Part shown: one piece after another, positions 1 through 11,616 of the stretch | Numbering within the stretch: position 1 is the first letter of the stretch | Layout of the letters: each line of letters begins with the position of its first letter | Assembly (NCBI GenBank): GCA_001642005.1 | Contig: LWCA01000258.1 | Coordinates: 1-36,055 of the forward strand | Reading direction: 5' to 3' | Length of the DNA: 36,055 nucleotides | Origin: Intoshia linei | Taxonomy: Eukaryota > Animalia > Orthonectida | Made by a program: the position numbers and the translations under genes | Notes under the pieces: model-generated | What the model was told of the DNA's origin: nothing | Seen by the model: the letters and a program-made list of their open reading frames with translations, nothing else | Databases searched by the model: none

Positions 1-130
1 GTCATGATGTCTAATGTTTAAAATAAAATACAATTTATAATGAATAACATTAAATAATCAGAATATGTACATTTAAAAAAAACCTTGTGATTTTCAATTG
101 TATTTATTCTGATTTTTACAAAAATTGTTA

Positions 131-352
131 GGGGGTTCAAGACTTTTGACACTTGATATATTTGAATATTAACTTTATAATATAAATAGATAAATATTGA
201 AAGTAACCGTGAAAATAGTGATATATTTTTCAATAGAATATTTATTTGTTTACATAATGGTTTTTAAATTTCTAAAAACGATTTACTAGTTTTTGTGCTA
301 TCCAGCAAAATCTATAATTCTGTTGGGGGTCCAAGACTTTTGACCGGCACTG
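131..352. mobile_element. Right end of a Tc1-like element with IR/DR-type terminus
   Basis: Ends ...GACTTTTGACCGGCACTG|TA (reverse complement TA|CAGTGCCGGTCAAAAGTCTTGGACCCCC, a Tc1-type TIR). A 20-bp direct repeat GGGGGT(T/C)CAAGACTTTTGAC lies at 131-150 and 325-344 (19/20 identical). The rest of the element would be upstream of the window. Confidence 0.7.
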
Positions 353-1222
353 TATGTATTTTATATATTTATTTTATATGTATCATCTTATCAAATAAAG
401 AATACTCTGATAAAAAATTATAGTTAGTGCGGTATTGATAACAATTTAATGTATTGATAAATTTGTGATACTGTTAATTATTTGATTATTCTCATTATCA
501 CAAAAGCATAAAAGAAATTAAAAAAAATTACAATAATAAATTAAAAATATCCTTTCGGCTCAATATCTTATAATAAGCAATGAAAATCCCGGAAATCTAA
601 CCATTACGGAATTTCGTCTTAGGCATGTAGAGTACATCATTGACAGAAGATTGAATACTACTATTATTGTCATATACTATATATATATTACATATACAAT
701 ATATATAATACCTAGTATAACAATTGTACAATGAATGCATTTTGTAAATCATGTTCAAAAACATTTTGCCAGTGTTCTACAAATGTACAATTAAATCATC
801 TTATAGTTGGAAATTAATTTGTTTGTGAATACATTTTTAATTATTTAAAATTAACAATTATCCTTAAATACACATTAAAATATTCTACATTCATATTCAC
901 TGTAGTTTCTACGTATATTTATTTCTTATGTATAATGTCTTATTAATATTTAATTAATATCTTATAGTATTTTGAAAATAATAACTTTGTTTGAAATAAA
1001 CTTTACTTTTTTTGAAATTTACCTTTAAATGGTCTAGTATCAATAATTAATAATTTGTAATGAATTGCAAATTGCAATGGATGAAATATACATTGTACAC
1101 GTTACTCAGCAATAATATGGTAATTTTGTATTATACACGATATTTTATTGTATATAGTAACATTGTAAAATATACAATTATTTGTTTATCACTAATGATT
1201 GGAGATAAATATTGGATAGTAA

Positions 1223-4200
1223 ATGATAAGAAAAAACAAACAATCAAAAGGATCAGATGAATCTCTGTTAAACATGTTGAATGAATATGTTTCTCCAAGA
1301 AAAGATAGAATTAAAAAAAAAAATAAGGTAAAAACTCTAAAAAAATTAAAAATAATAACTCACATACTTAAATATATATAGGAAAAGTCATTTCTGGACA
1401 ACTTACTAAATGATAGTGATGAAAAAAACAAATCAGATGATTCAAATGATAACGACTATTACACAAGAAAAAAAAAGGGAGAGTGGGATGAAGACATTTT
1501 TAGTGGAAAAAAGAGTAAATTTGTTAAAAAATGGCGAAAAAATAAAAGCCCTGTTCAAAATATAAAAAATTACAGTAGTGGTTCAGATTATCAACCAAAA
1601 AGGGGCAATAAAAATAAAAAAACATACGGATATACGTCATCCGACTCTAACAAATCCAACAGTAGTAAAAAAATAAAAACAAGAAATTCAATGTATGAAC
1701 ACAGCTCCAATAATAGTTACATGTCGAGCAAATCCAAAAGTTCAAAAAATTCTTATAAACATAGACATTCACCACGAAAACCAGACAATACACGCGAAAA
1801 AGATAGAAAATTTAATAATAAACATCAAAGAAATGATTCTAAATCTATAATTAAAAAAACCAAGAAAAATAAAAACAGATCCGCTTCAGTACCCAAATTT
1901 TATAATAGTTTTAAAGTTGAACTTGAAAAATTGAAAAATAAACCCACCAAAGAAGATTTCAAAACATTTAATATTTATAATAAAACAAAATACAACGAAA
2001 AAGAGCAAAAAAAGCAGAAATATGGGTAAATTATATTATAATTATATTCCGTGTAATTTTCAATATTTAATTCCTTTTAGTTACGATAAGATGAACCGAA
2101 ATGTATCCCGAAGTGAATCCAATATATTATTTTATGAACATATTGATGTAGATGATATTGATGCAAATAAAAAAAAAATTAAAATTGAAAAAAACAAAAA
2201 AAACCTAAAAGTAAATGTTCATTTTTAAATTTAAATGTCATGTAGAAACAAAACATCGAAAAGACTTCTACATGTGAAGGAGATATTGACGATTTAAAAT
2301 ATACATTGCAATCAAATAAAAGGTAAATAAATATACAAAATTTTCAATTCATATTAACAAATAAAATTGTTCATGGAAGTCTCCTGAAGATCAAATTTTA
2401 AAAAATTTTTTGCTACCCCTGGTATACGTCACTAAGGGTAGTATAAATTAAAGTAACTTATATGTTTATCCCAGTACAGTGAAGCGTCTCGCAGAGCCGA
2501 ACCTACCAAGCTCGAGGCCACCGAAAATAAAAATAGACACTAAAAAATTCCACTTATAAGTTATATCCCACTATGAATAAAATTAATAATACGATTAATA
2601 AAAAATACAATTTCAAACCCTCATGAAAATACACTTTTACCGATATTTTTTTGATAAATCCACTAAATAAATTCCACTTAATCAAACCACCAAAAAAAAT
2701 TCAATTTTATCAGCCCTAATGGAAAAATCCCCATTTTTTTGAAAATGACGATTTTACCAAATCTTATGAGCAAAAACCTTTAATTTTTTTATAAAGTTTT
2801 TGTACACTAATTTTTACACTATTTGAATCTGGAACCACTGACATATAGCTTAGCTATATGACTCAATACAGTCATTGTATTGATCGCAAATTCTTATTTT
2901 TTTGAAAAATTTCTTTTTATAAACACGGGACTGTATGAAAAAATTGTTTACAAATACGGGAATTTTTGTTGGAAAATTATAATAACAAAAGTTTTCTTAA
3001 ACGAATAAAGATGTAAAAAATAACTGCATAAACTACATATATTTGAATACGTCATCAATAAAAACATTTAAACATTGTAGTTAAAGGCATTTTTGGCCAC
3101 TGAAATCGATAACATTCGATAATAATTTTTTCATTAATAATAACACTCTTTAAGAATCCCAATTTATCAATCTAAAAAGGAACTTAAATATGATTCCTTA
3201 AACAAATTTTCATATTTTACTATATTAATTAACATTTCAAAAGAAAAAAAAATATACTCAACAATACTGATGTAATGGCCAGTCATTTACAAAAATTACA
3301 TGCAAAAATACCCAAAACAAAAAAAAAGACACTCAAAAAAATTGAACCAAAAATGTAAATTTAAATACAAATAATTATATTTGATTATTATAATAGACAA
3401 AAACATTAAACATTAATTTAGAAATTCATTCAATTTCACCCAATCCTTGAACAATTTGGCTGAAACTGGCAATGACTGTGATGAAATCTTGTCCACATTA
3501 TTCAATAAATGGTCAATGGAAAAAACAAAAAGTGTGACTAAAACAAAACGACAAGTCATTAGAAAAGAAAAGCATCTCAAAGAAAAAGAACTACAAGTTT
3601 TAATTTATTATAAATATATATCATTTGAATCTAGGAAAATAAAGAAAAGAAAGAATTGAATAAAATTTGTTTTGATGCGTGGCTGAAAAATAAATCTAAA
3701 GAATTAAAACGAATCAAAAAATTTAAAGCAGAACAAGTATTTGAACAACAATTTGATAACAGTGAAAGAATAAAATCATCAAAATATTTACAAAAAAAAA
3801 GAATTGATGTTAGAAGAATAAAAAACCAAGAAAAGTTATCTCAAGAAGTTTATGAATCGTGGGCTAAAGACAAGGAAAAACAAGAAATTATTAAAACACG
3901 AAAACAAAGAGAAAAACTAAAGAAAGAAAAAATTGATAAAATGAAAAACCTACAAGATAAACAAGTAAAATCTCAATCTGCCTACAAAACATGGTCGAAA
4001 AATAAAGAGAGAGTATTATCTACTATTAAAATCAACACAAAGGTTCAAATGGAATCCACATTGAAAACGCAAAAGGTGGAAGAATGGGAAAGGAAATATA
4101 AATCTGAACAAGCATACAATGAATGGTTGGAAGACAAGGTATATTCTTTACTTATAAAGTTGATTGTGTTAAGATTATTTAAAATACTACGCCATAGAAT

Positions 4201-4592
4201 TCTAATTCAGTTTTTAAAAACGCTTAAAATAAATACATTTAATCTCAGAAATTGACACATTCACGATCAGAAACTAAAATTATTATTTTGTTATGTTTTC
4301 GAAAATTCAATTATCATTAAAAGTCCTAGAATTTAAAAAAAATTCAAATTAAAAATTTTGCTTAAAACAATCAAAAACGCGTTCTACCAATTCTTATTAT
4401 TATTATTCGTATTATTCTACAAAATTTTTATTTGAATCACGTTGAAATTTGTATTATAAATTGTACTTTTTAATGATATTAAAAAATCAAGTACAATTGT
4501 ATATTATTAAATGTAAATTTTAGAATTCAGAAAAAAACCAAAGAAAGCATATGAAATCAAGTGAAAAATTATTTTTAAATACATATAGATAA
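1223..4592 (+). CDS. Lysine-rich coiled-coil protein, MAP9/CCDC34/CCDC181-like (~604 aa, 8 exons)
   Basis: Frame-consistent GT-AG model with exons 1223-1327, 1382-2025, 2081-2210, 2246-2322, 3244-3354, 3422-3596, 3635-4138, 4524-4592; it joins ORFs 1691, 2022, 3447 and 3656. The C-terminal charged helix has repeated (F/Y)xxW motifs (CFDAWLKNK, VYESWAKDK, AYKTWSKNK, AYNEWLEDK) typical of these microtubule/ciliary proteins. Exact orthology is uncertain. Confidence 0.65.
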
Positions 4593-4602
4593 ACAACAAA
4601 CT

Positions 4603-7600
4603 TTATAATACAATCGATCTAACTTCTTTAGGGGATTGGTCTATAGGGCAATACGGACACTTAATTCTAAATTGAAAAATTAATAATACCATTGTGTATT
4701 TTACCTATTCCCTTCTTTAAGTTTAGATACCGCTTCATGACTAATAACATGACAACATTTCAGTATAACAGGTGGATTTGCTTCTGTAGTGTGTTGTTTT
4801 AAAATTGGACAAGCAAATAAAGAGTGATAATAATCTCGATCCAATAAATCCACGGATATCTAATTCAATTTATTATAATCATATCATGTTTTACTGGTAA
4901 TTCTTCTGTGCTTCTCCAAATGTTGTTATAATTATTCTTGGTAATCAAGTTTCTGATATTTAATAAAGGCCCTAACCCTTGAATTCCAACACGATATCTA
5001 ATAAAAAATAAGTTTATTAAAATAAATAAATAAACAAAACTTCTAAAGGACAATCGCGAGATAATCCCACTGTTTTTGATGAAGCGTCTATAAACTGCGT
5101 GTGTAATGAATCCCATTCCTTTTCAATGTCAATACACTTCATAAAATTTGGAATTTGACGAGTTTTAAATATATTATTGTAATTTGAAATATCGGGATTC
5201 GCATCATAAGTATATAACAGATATCCCAATAATTTTAATATTTCTAAAATTTAATTTTCAATTTTTAAATTTCAATATATTAAATTACCAATTTTATGGT
5301 CCTTCATAAATGGGGCAAAATTTGTGGAAAGTTTTACTAATTCAGAAATTTCAACAGAATTATATACGGCATTAAGAAATATCAAACGATGTACACTGAA
5401 AAATAAGCAACTGCTTAATTCATTCAATTTTTGAGAATTTCCTTGGCACCACCTGAAAAAATTAAAATTTTATTTTATTTCAAATATGACAATAATTTAT
5501 TATCTATATTTAACTTTAACCAAACGTAGATAATCAAAATCTAGAAATAAAAAACAGTTAGAACATTACAGTGATTAAATTTTTAAAATCAATAATTATT
5601 GATAAATCTCAAAATTTTAAACGTTGTGAACCACTTATTTAAATCTTTACTCAAATAAATAATACTGTATTCTCTATTTAGTTCTCCAAAGCTTTGACAT
5701 TTTAAATTTAACACACAAAATAGTTATGATATTCCAAAATATATTTTTTTAATGTTCAATTTGAAAAAATGAGACCATTTCACAAAAATTTCGTCGAATC
5801 CCAAAGAGGATTTCTGGTATTATAGGTTCTGCAATGGATCCCCATATAATAAAATAAACTATCCACAAAAAATTAAGGCGATATAGAGCAGTGATGCCCA
5901 ACCTTTTTCTGATGCGATCGACTTTAAAATTTTTCAATGAGTGGCGATCGACTAATACATTGGCTAGAAAAATGGTTCTGATCGAAACCTATGTTAAAAA
6001 TTAAAATTCGGAATAATTCGAAGACTTTCGCTGTATATTTGAAAAAATTATCGGCCAAACCTAGTGTATTCTTTATAAGTAAGAAATAGTGAACTAATCC
6101 AAATGTTATAATTTAATGTAGCTAATACATATACATATTATGTATAATATACATTATATATATAAAATACATACATATATATAATATACATATATACATA
6201 AATATACATTGTATATGTATATCATTTAATAATATTGCTAGAGAAGGGTTAAATAAATATAGTTCCGGTATCCACTCCAAATATAATTAACTACTTTTCA
6301 ACAATATATAAATACAATTAAATTTTATCAATATTAAAATAAATTATTTTAAAATAGAGATCATTATTAAAATAAATAATGAATTCTAATTTTGGCGATC
6401 GACAGGTTGGGCATCCCTGATATAGAGGATTGGAAATTACAGAAATTATAAACGAAAACATAACCAACAAATATTCCTAAACGTTTAGAATATAATTTAT
6501 TTTACCGTCATCGTTAGGGTAGATACACCCTTCATAATTAAATAAACCTTAAAAGAGGTTTCAAATTATGATATTCTTTTAGTTGTATACTAATTTCAGA
6601 CATTTGAACATAAACAAAAATGTCTTCGTCTTTTATATTCAATTGAGTTTTCTAAATACATGTATATAACATTTATACCGTATTTTGTATTATTGAAATT
6701 GTTCTTTACAATAAAATTGTATTTTACTACTACTTTTTCAAATTACTCAGTAAATAAAAATTAAATCTCAAAAAAGTATATTTCCACGATAAAAACCCCA
6801 AATTACCATTTTATTTAAAAATGAAAAAAGTCCTAAAATTTTATGAAACATACATTCTGGATAGTTCTTAAAATAATAAACATTTTAATTAATCGTAATC
6901 TCAAAAAAGCGCATTTTCACGATCAAAGCTCCAGATTATCCTTTTTTTTTAAATAAAGAGTTTTAAAATTTTATGAAACATAAATTCTAATTAGATTTTA
7001 AAATTATAAGTATTATCATGAATCATAATCTTAAAAAAGTGTCAAAACCAAGATTACCCTCTTTTTAAAAAATTAATTATTGAAAATAAATGGCACAATA
7101 AAAATAAGTTTGCTATACATTTAATCGACTGTACATAAAATCATCACTGTATTTAAAAACAACGGTTGTAATAAAGGAACTGAAAATTTTATTTTTTCTA
7201 GAATTCATGTTATTTTTAAAATTGCATAATTATTGTTCATAATCAATTAAATATTTCTACCATCGACAGAAATAGCAGTTGATTGTAAGAAGTATATGTC
7301 AGTCAAGCTAGTACAACAATATGTACAATAAAAATTACTCTAATCAAACTTTTGGATATATCGATGTGTCCAATACGCATGAAATGATCTGCTATTATAT
7401 GCATTATAGCTTTATTTAATCTAGATTTAAAATCTTCAGATTCATTTTCGGGTAATCGCAAACTCGTAAAATTGGTTTCAAAATTCTATTAAAATAAAAA
7501 TCAAAAAGATAAAAATAATAATATTAAAAATAAAATTAACATAATGTATACAATAATACTTTGCCAGAGGCCAACATTTTTCGTATCATGAGCCAATTTT

Positions 7601-10402
7601 TAAACTATACTACTATTTAAAAACATTTTATAAAATTTATGTTTTCCTTTAAATCAAGGATTCTCAAATATACATAACAGTGAACCATAATTTATTAATA
7701 TTTCGTAAATTTAAATTTGAAAAAATTCTAATAATTTGAAAGACTTTGAAAAGATGTTTAAATCACCTTAAATATAATGTAGCTTTATTAAAATATCTTT
7801 TAACATATGAAAAACACCTTATAAAAAATTACCATTAATTTTTTATTACATATAATCAAAATTAATCCTCTTGCATATAAAAATTTTTTATCAAAGTAAA
7901 AATTTATATGGTCAGTGGGATCGGGAACTCCTGGTTTAAAGGATTCGTAAAATTTGTGAAAAAATAAAATTGGTCATTTTAGGTAATAGAAATTAAAATT
8001 TACGGATGAACCGTTCTCAGACCAAAAAATTTCTACATTACTAGATATTTCCATAACAATTTTGATTTATAAAATTACAAAAATTTTCATCTTACACACG
8101 ACTCGACACTCATGCCCCACTACATAAAAATTTGTAATATATTTAAATAACAGTCATAATATATGTTACAGTCCGTTTAAAGTTTTTGGCAGTGTGCAAA
8201 TCACTAAACGAAGGTGTTAAAATTATTTATATTTGAAAGGATAAATATTCACCGATTTGAATATCTCATTTTTTTGGATAAATGCTTAAAATCAAAAAAT
8301 ATATCCACATGCAAATGGATTTTTTAATAAAAAAAAAGACACCCTAATGTACAACATAAATTTCAATTTTAAATATGGGTTTCTAAAAAATGCATTTCAA
8401 ATAACAAGAGCCTCACCGTCAAAAAACTCCAAACTACATTATACTCTAAACGGACCGTAACGTTTACAAAAACCTTTTCAATTGATTTTCCTATTTTTGA
8501 AACAAAAGTGTGCAGTTTTTTATGCTCTTGTCGTACAGTGTTTACCGTAAACGCAATTTTATCAATCTTTTCGGTGATTTCCTTATCATGATCTTCCACA
8601 TAGTTGGGATCTAAAAATTTAAAAATGAATTTACAATCTGTCAGAATCTGTTTTTTTCAAGTCTAGCACTCTCCATTTTTTAAAAAGGTAACATAGTTTA
8701 ACCGTGAACTTATCAATTTTTAAGTTTAAAATCGATTTTAATATCTGGACCGAAAAAATGAAAATTGAGATGAAAACTGGAAAGATAGAATATTTGTTTT
8801 TTAAATTTCTGATACTGTCAGTTTTTTAAGTTTTTTTTTTTTCAGTTCAATAAATCGTTACACACAAACACATTTGTTGTTTTACTAAACGCCATTTTTA
8901 TTAAAAATTAAAATTTAACAACCTTTACAGAAAAAATGTAATTTTACCCATCGTAAGAAGAAAAATCAGTTTAACCAACCCTAAGAAGAAAAATCCGGTT
9001 TTATTAACTTTAAGTAAAATTCTATTTTTACCAATACTTAAGAAGAAAAATCCGGTTTTACCAACTTTTTAGGGAAAATTCTACTTTTGCCAACTATTAC
9101 ATGCGATTCTAAAACTCATTCATTTTTGGTATTGAATTAGATTATTTTATGCAAACCTAAAATTCGATTTAGTTTACGAAATTATTATTTTTAAGACAAT
9201 TTTTTTTGCATTAGATAAAATATTGCTAAATTTATGCTTATAGAATTGAAAAAGTGTATATTTATGTATTGTATGGGTTACTGTGAATTTATATCAATGT
9301 ACCGGGTGTACCATTCAGAACAGTGCACTTGTTAAAATATTTCATATTATGAGTGCACTGACGACAGAAAGAACAAATTAACTGTATAAAAACAAGTTCC
9401 TATTAATTTTTAGAAATTTTAACCACGAGTCAAAGAATATTTCTTGTCTAGCTATTAATCAAGTTTAAAACATGCCATACTTGATTAATATATATGAATT
9501 GGTTAAATCAAAAATTCGACGAAAAAATAATATCAAAAATTATAATTTCACCAAAGTCTCATGATCTAACGCCATGTGATTTTTATTTGTGGGGAACAAT
9601 AAAATGTAAAATTTATAAAAATTCCTCTTCAAATATAGAATCCGTAAAAACCAATATTATTAACAGTATTAACTCAATTAGCAGTCAAAAATTATCTAAT
9701 GTTTACAACCATTTCCCTAAACGCATTGATTTATGTATCCAATCTGATGGTGGTCATTTTGAACATTTATTGTAAATTAAATAATTTCAAGTTTCTAACT
9801 TTTTCTTAAATACTTTAGATAAATATACAAATAATTTTAATATTGAGATTATTTCATTGTTACAGTCAAAATATTTTTTGATAAACTTCTTATTTTCAAG
9901 TGCACTGTTTTAAATGGTACACACTGTATAATTACGCAAAATGTATAAAATTGCATAAACTATTTCATAAAAGATCAAAAATATTCCACTCTAAAAAAAA
10001 GTAATTTGTCAAGTTTTAATATAAGGTAAAATTGTCATTTTCAGTAAAAAAATAATATAAAAGTCAATTTTTCCTTAAGGGTTGGTTTATTTATAGATCT
10101 AAACTAAAACCACTAATATAAAATTTAATGATAAATAATTTTTTTAAGTGTTTTTTATATAAATTTCAAGTGATTTTAAAAATATATAAGCTAGTCAAAT
10201 ATTCTCAAGAAATCTCAATAACAATAAACAAAAAAAACTAACAAGTAAACATAATGAATAAATTACCACACAAAGAAGTTGATAATTCGTCTGCAATATG
10301 AATCATATTATTGATGGATGTAAGGCGATTATTGTAAAAGGTTTTTGCGGACGAAAGATACACAGTAATTTCAGTATTGATGGCTTCAGAAGAGTTTGTC
10401 AT
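4603..10402 (-). CDS. RMND5: RMND5/GID2 (Rmd5) E3 ubiquitin ligase subunit of the CTLH/GID complex (~405 aa, 9 exons)
   Basis: Exons 10402-10267, 8610-8474, 7485-7339, 6651-6548, 5452-5289, 5243-5036, 4997-4895, 4859-4705, 4666-4603, all GT-AG and in frame. Motifs: EHKKLHTFVSKIGKSIEKNF, LisH (LNKAIMHIIADHFMRIGHIDISKSL), CTLH, and the degenerate RING YHSLFACPILKQHTTEANPPVILKCCHVIS...IKCPYCP. Confidence 0.93.
5889..6419. mobile_element. hAT-superfamily MITE (531 bp) in an RMND5 intron
   Basis: TIRs CAGTGATGCCCAACC / GGTTGGGCATCCCTG; perfect 8-bp TSD ATATAGAG at 5881-5888 and 6420-6427; subterminal GCGATCGAC motifs; internal TA/CA low-complexity tract at ~6120-6225. Confidence 0.92.
6766..7070. 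repeat. Degenerate ~130-bp tandem repeat (~2.3 units)
   Basis: Units start TCT(C/T)AAAAAAG at 6766, 6899 and 7029, and the first two share AAAATTTTATGAAACATA. Related units occur at ~17440-17830 and ~26560-26830. Confidence 0.7.
7655..7933. mobile_element. Old, degenerate hAT MITE candidate
   Basis: CAAGGATTCTCAA ... TCGGGAACTCCTG resemble Charlie/Buster-type TIRs; flanks CTTTAAAT / GTTTAAAG match at 6/8. Confidence 0.35.
8935..9095. repeat. Degenerate ~30-bp tandem repeat at the end of a dispersed repeat
   Basis: Recurrent TAAGAAGAAAAATC(C)GGTTTTA / ACCAAC units. Adjacent 9040-9300 is the reverse complement of ~33375-33620, and ~9945-10020 matches ~31600-31670. Confidence 0.6.
9302..9926 (+). 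mobile_element. Internally deleted Tc1/mariner-superfamily element (maT/rosa-like) in RMND5 intron 1
   Basis: TA-flanked ~30-bp imperfect TIRs CCGGGTGTACCATTCAGAACAGTGCACTTG / CAAGTGCACTGTTTTAAATGGTACACACTG enclosing a transposase C-terminal fragment. Confidence 0.88.
9494..9775 (+). pseudogene. Tc1/mariner transposase C-terminal fragment
   Basis: SPKSHDLTPCDFYLWGTIKCKIY...RIDLCIQSDGGHFEHLL matches the PPRSPDLTPCDFFLWG...GGHFEHLL signature. The N-terminal DNA-binding domain and first catalytic residues are absent. Confidence 0.88.
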
Positions 10403-10665
10403 TATATTTCAAAAATTAAAAAATAAAGTCCGAGTAACTGTTGCCAATATACTAATGTATCTGAATTTTACATAAATTTACAATTGTTAAAAATAAATGT
10501 TCATAAATTTAAAAACTTGATTTTAATTAAATTGTTTATACATTATAAAATAAAAATGTAACAAATTGTAGTTAAATAAAAAAATTTATTCTACAAGTAC
10601 AAAAGTACAAGTATTATTTAACAGATTCAACAACTGACTAGAAAAACTAAAAATAACACTGAAAA

Positions 10666-11616
10666 TTAGAGAGATTTGGTAATATTTGGATATAAATCTG
10701 TCGAATTATATTTTGACCTATGCCTTCTATTTGCAAACCATTTTTTAATTTGTTTGCTAGAAAGCATGGTAGAATCTGACAGAAAATGTATTTGATTTAG
10801 ACCTGGATAAGGATGATCATTGTGAGCAGCGTACCAGTTTTTTAAAATTTTGGTGACTTCATGGGTGAAAAGGATACGTTCTCGAGTTTTTGACTTGATT
10901 TCCATGTTAACATTTTCCAAATTATTTTTTTCGCTCTTGATTTTATTTAAACAATTCATTTTAGAGTCCATAGGGTTTTTAAGATTTTTTACAATGTTTG
11001 ACAATACTTTTTCGTCATAGCAATCATTTTGCCTGGGTTTAATTTTCTTTTGCAGTTTAGTACAATTGGTAGAATCATTTCTCAAATTTGAATAATTTAA
11101 AGCCGAGTCTATTTTTAATTTACTACTGCTCACATCTGGGTACGTATTCGTGTGGATCAAGTTTGATTTAGTCAGCGCATATTTTAAAAACCCGTTTATG
11201 AGCTGATTCGTCGCTTCGTTGGGCGAAATCAAGTTTTCATCTTGTTTACCTTTCCACGAGTTTAATCTTTCATTTTTGGGATGGGAGATGCAATTACTTT
11301 TAGAATTGTAAAAATTTGACCAAACTTCTTTATTTTCTCGGCAAAATAAGGGTTTAGTTGAAGTTGTACACCCCGACAAATCAGTAGCAGTAACAAATTC
11401 ATTTTTACCACATTTTTTATTTGAACCATGAGCAATTATCGAGTTCTCAACATAACCGGAATCGGTCATGGTTTCGACACTTTCAACTTTACAACTCATT
11501 TCTCTTTCCATGTCACTCATCACATAATGGTGGGCCACTCGGATATTTGAACTCAAGTCAATTTTGTTCATCCCATTCCAGGGTCTAAAAATTGTGGAAT
11601 CTTGTTCATTGTCCAT
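10666..11616 (-). CDS. Intronless divergent TALE-class homeodomain transcription factor (316 aa), spiralian TALE/SPILE-like
   Basis: C-terminal homeodomain RERILFTHEVTKILKNWYAAHNDHPYPGLNQIHFLSDSTMLSSKQIKKWFANRRHRSK, with the TALE loop (HPYP) and WFAN in helix 3. No PBC, MEIS or IRO domain is recognisable. N-terminal FRPW motif. Confidence 0.9.
   Translation of the reverse strand: MDNEQDSTIFRPWNGMNKIDLSSNIRVAHHYVMSDMEREMSCKVESVETMTDSGYVENSIIAHGSNKKCGKNEFVTATDLSGCTTSTKPLFCRENKEVWSNFYNSKSNCISHPKNERLNSWKGKQDENLISPNEATNQLINGFLKYALTKSNLIHTNTYPDVSSSKLKIDSALNYSNLRNDSTNCTKLQKKIKPRQNDCYDEKVLSNIVKNLKNPMDSKMNCLNKIKSEKNNLENVNMEIKSKTRERILFTHEVTKILKNWYAAHNDHPYPGLNQIHFLSDSTMLSSKQIKKWFANRRHRSKYNSTDLYPNITKSL

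Noticed and set aside
18-1260. Short ORFs 18-233 and 1060-1260 (similarly 5749-5937, 11998-12201, 18727-18909, 19927-20133, 26288-26509, 26792-26983, 34508-34714)
   Set aside because: I/F/K/Y-rich translations expected by chance in AT-rich DNA, several lying inside repeats or MITEs.
8611-8895. Possible RMND5 start at nearby ATGs (MESARLEK..., MAFSKNNK...), implying a frameshift or a 24-nt intron
   Set aside because: A clean phase-compatible first exon at 10402-10267 gives a normal-length protein without any anomaly.
8935-9095. ~30-bp periodic repeats that superficially resemble a CRISPR array
   Set aside because: The units are degenerate and adjacent with no unique spacers. There are no cas genes, and the context is a eukaryotic intron.
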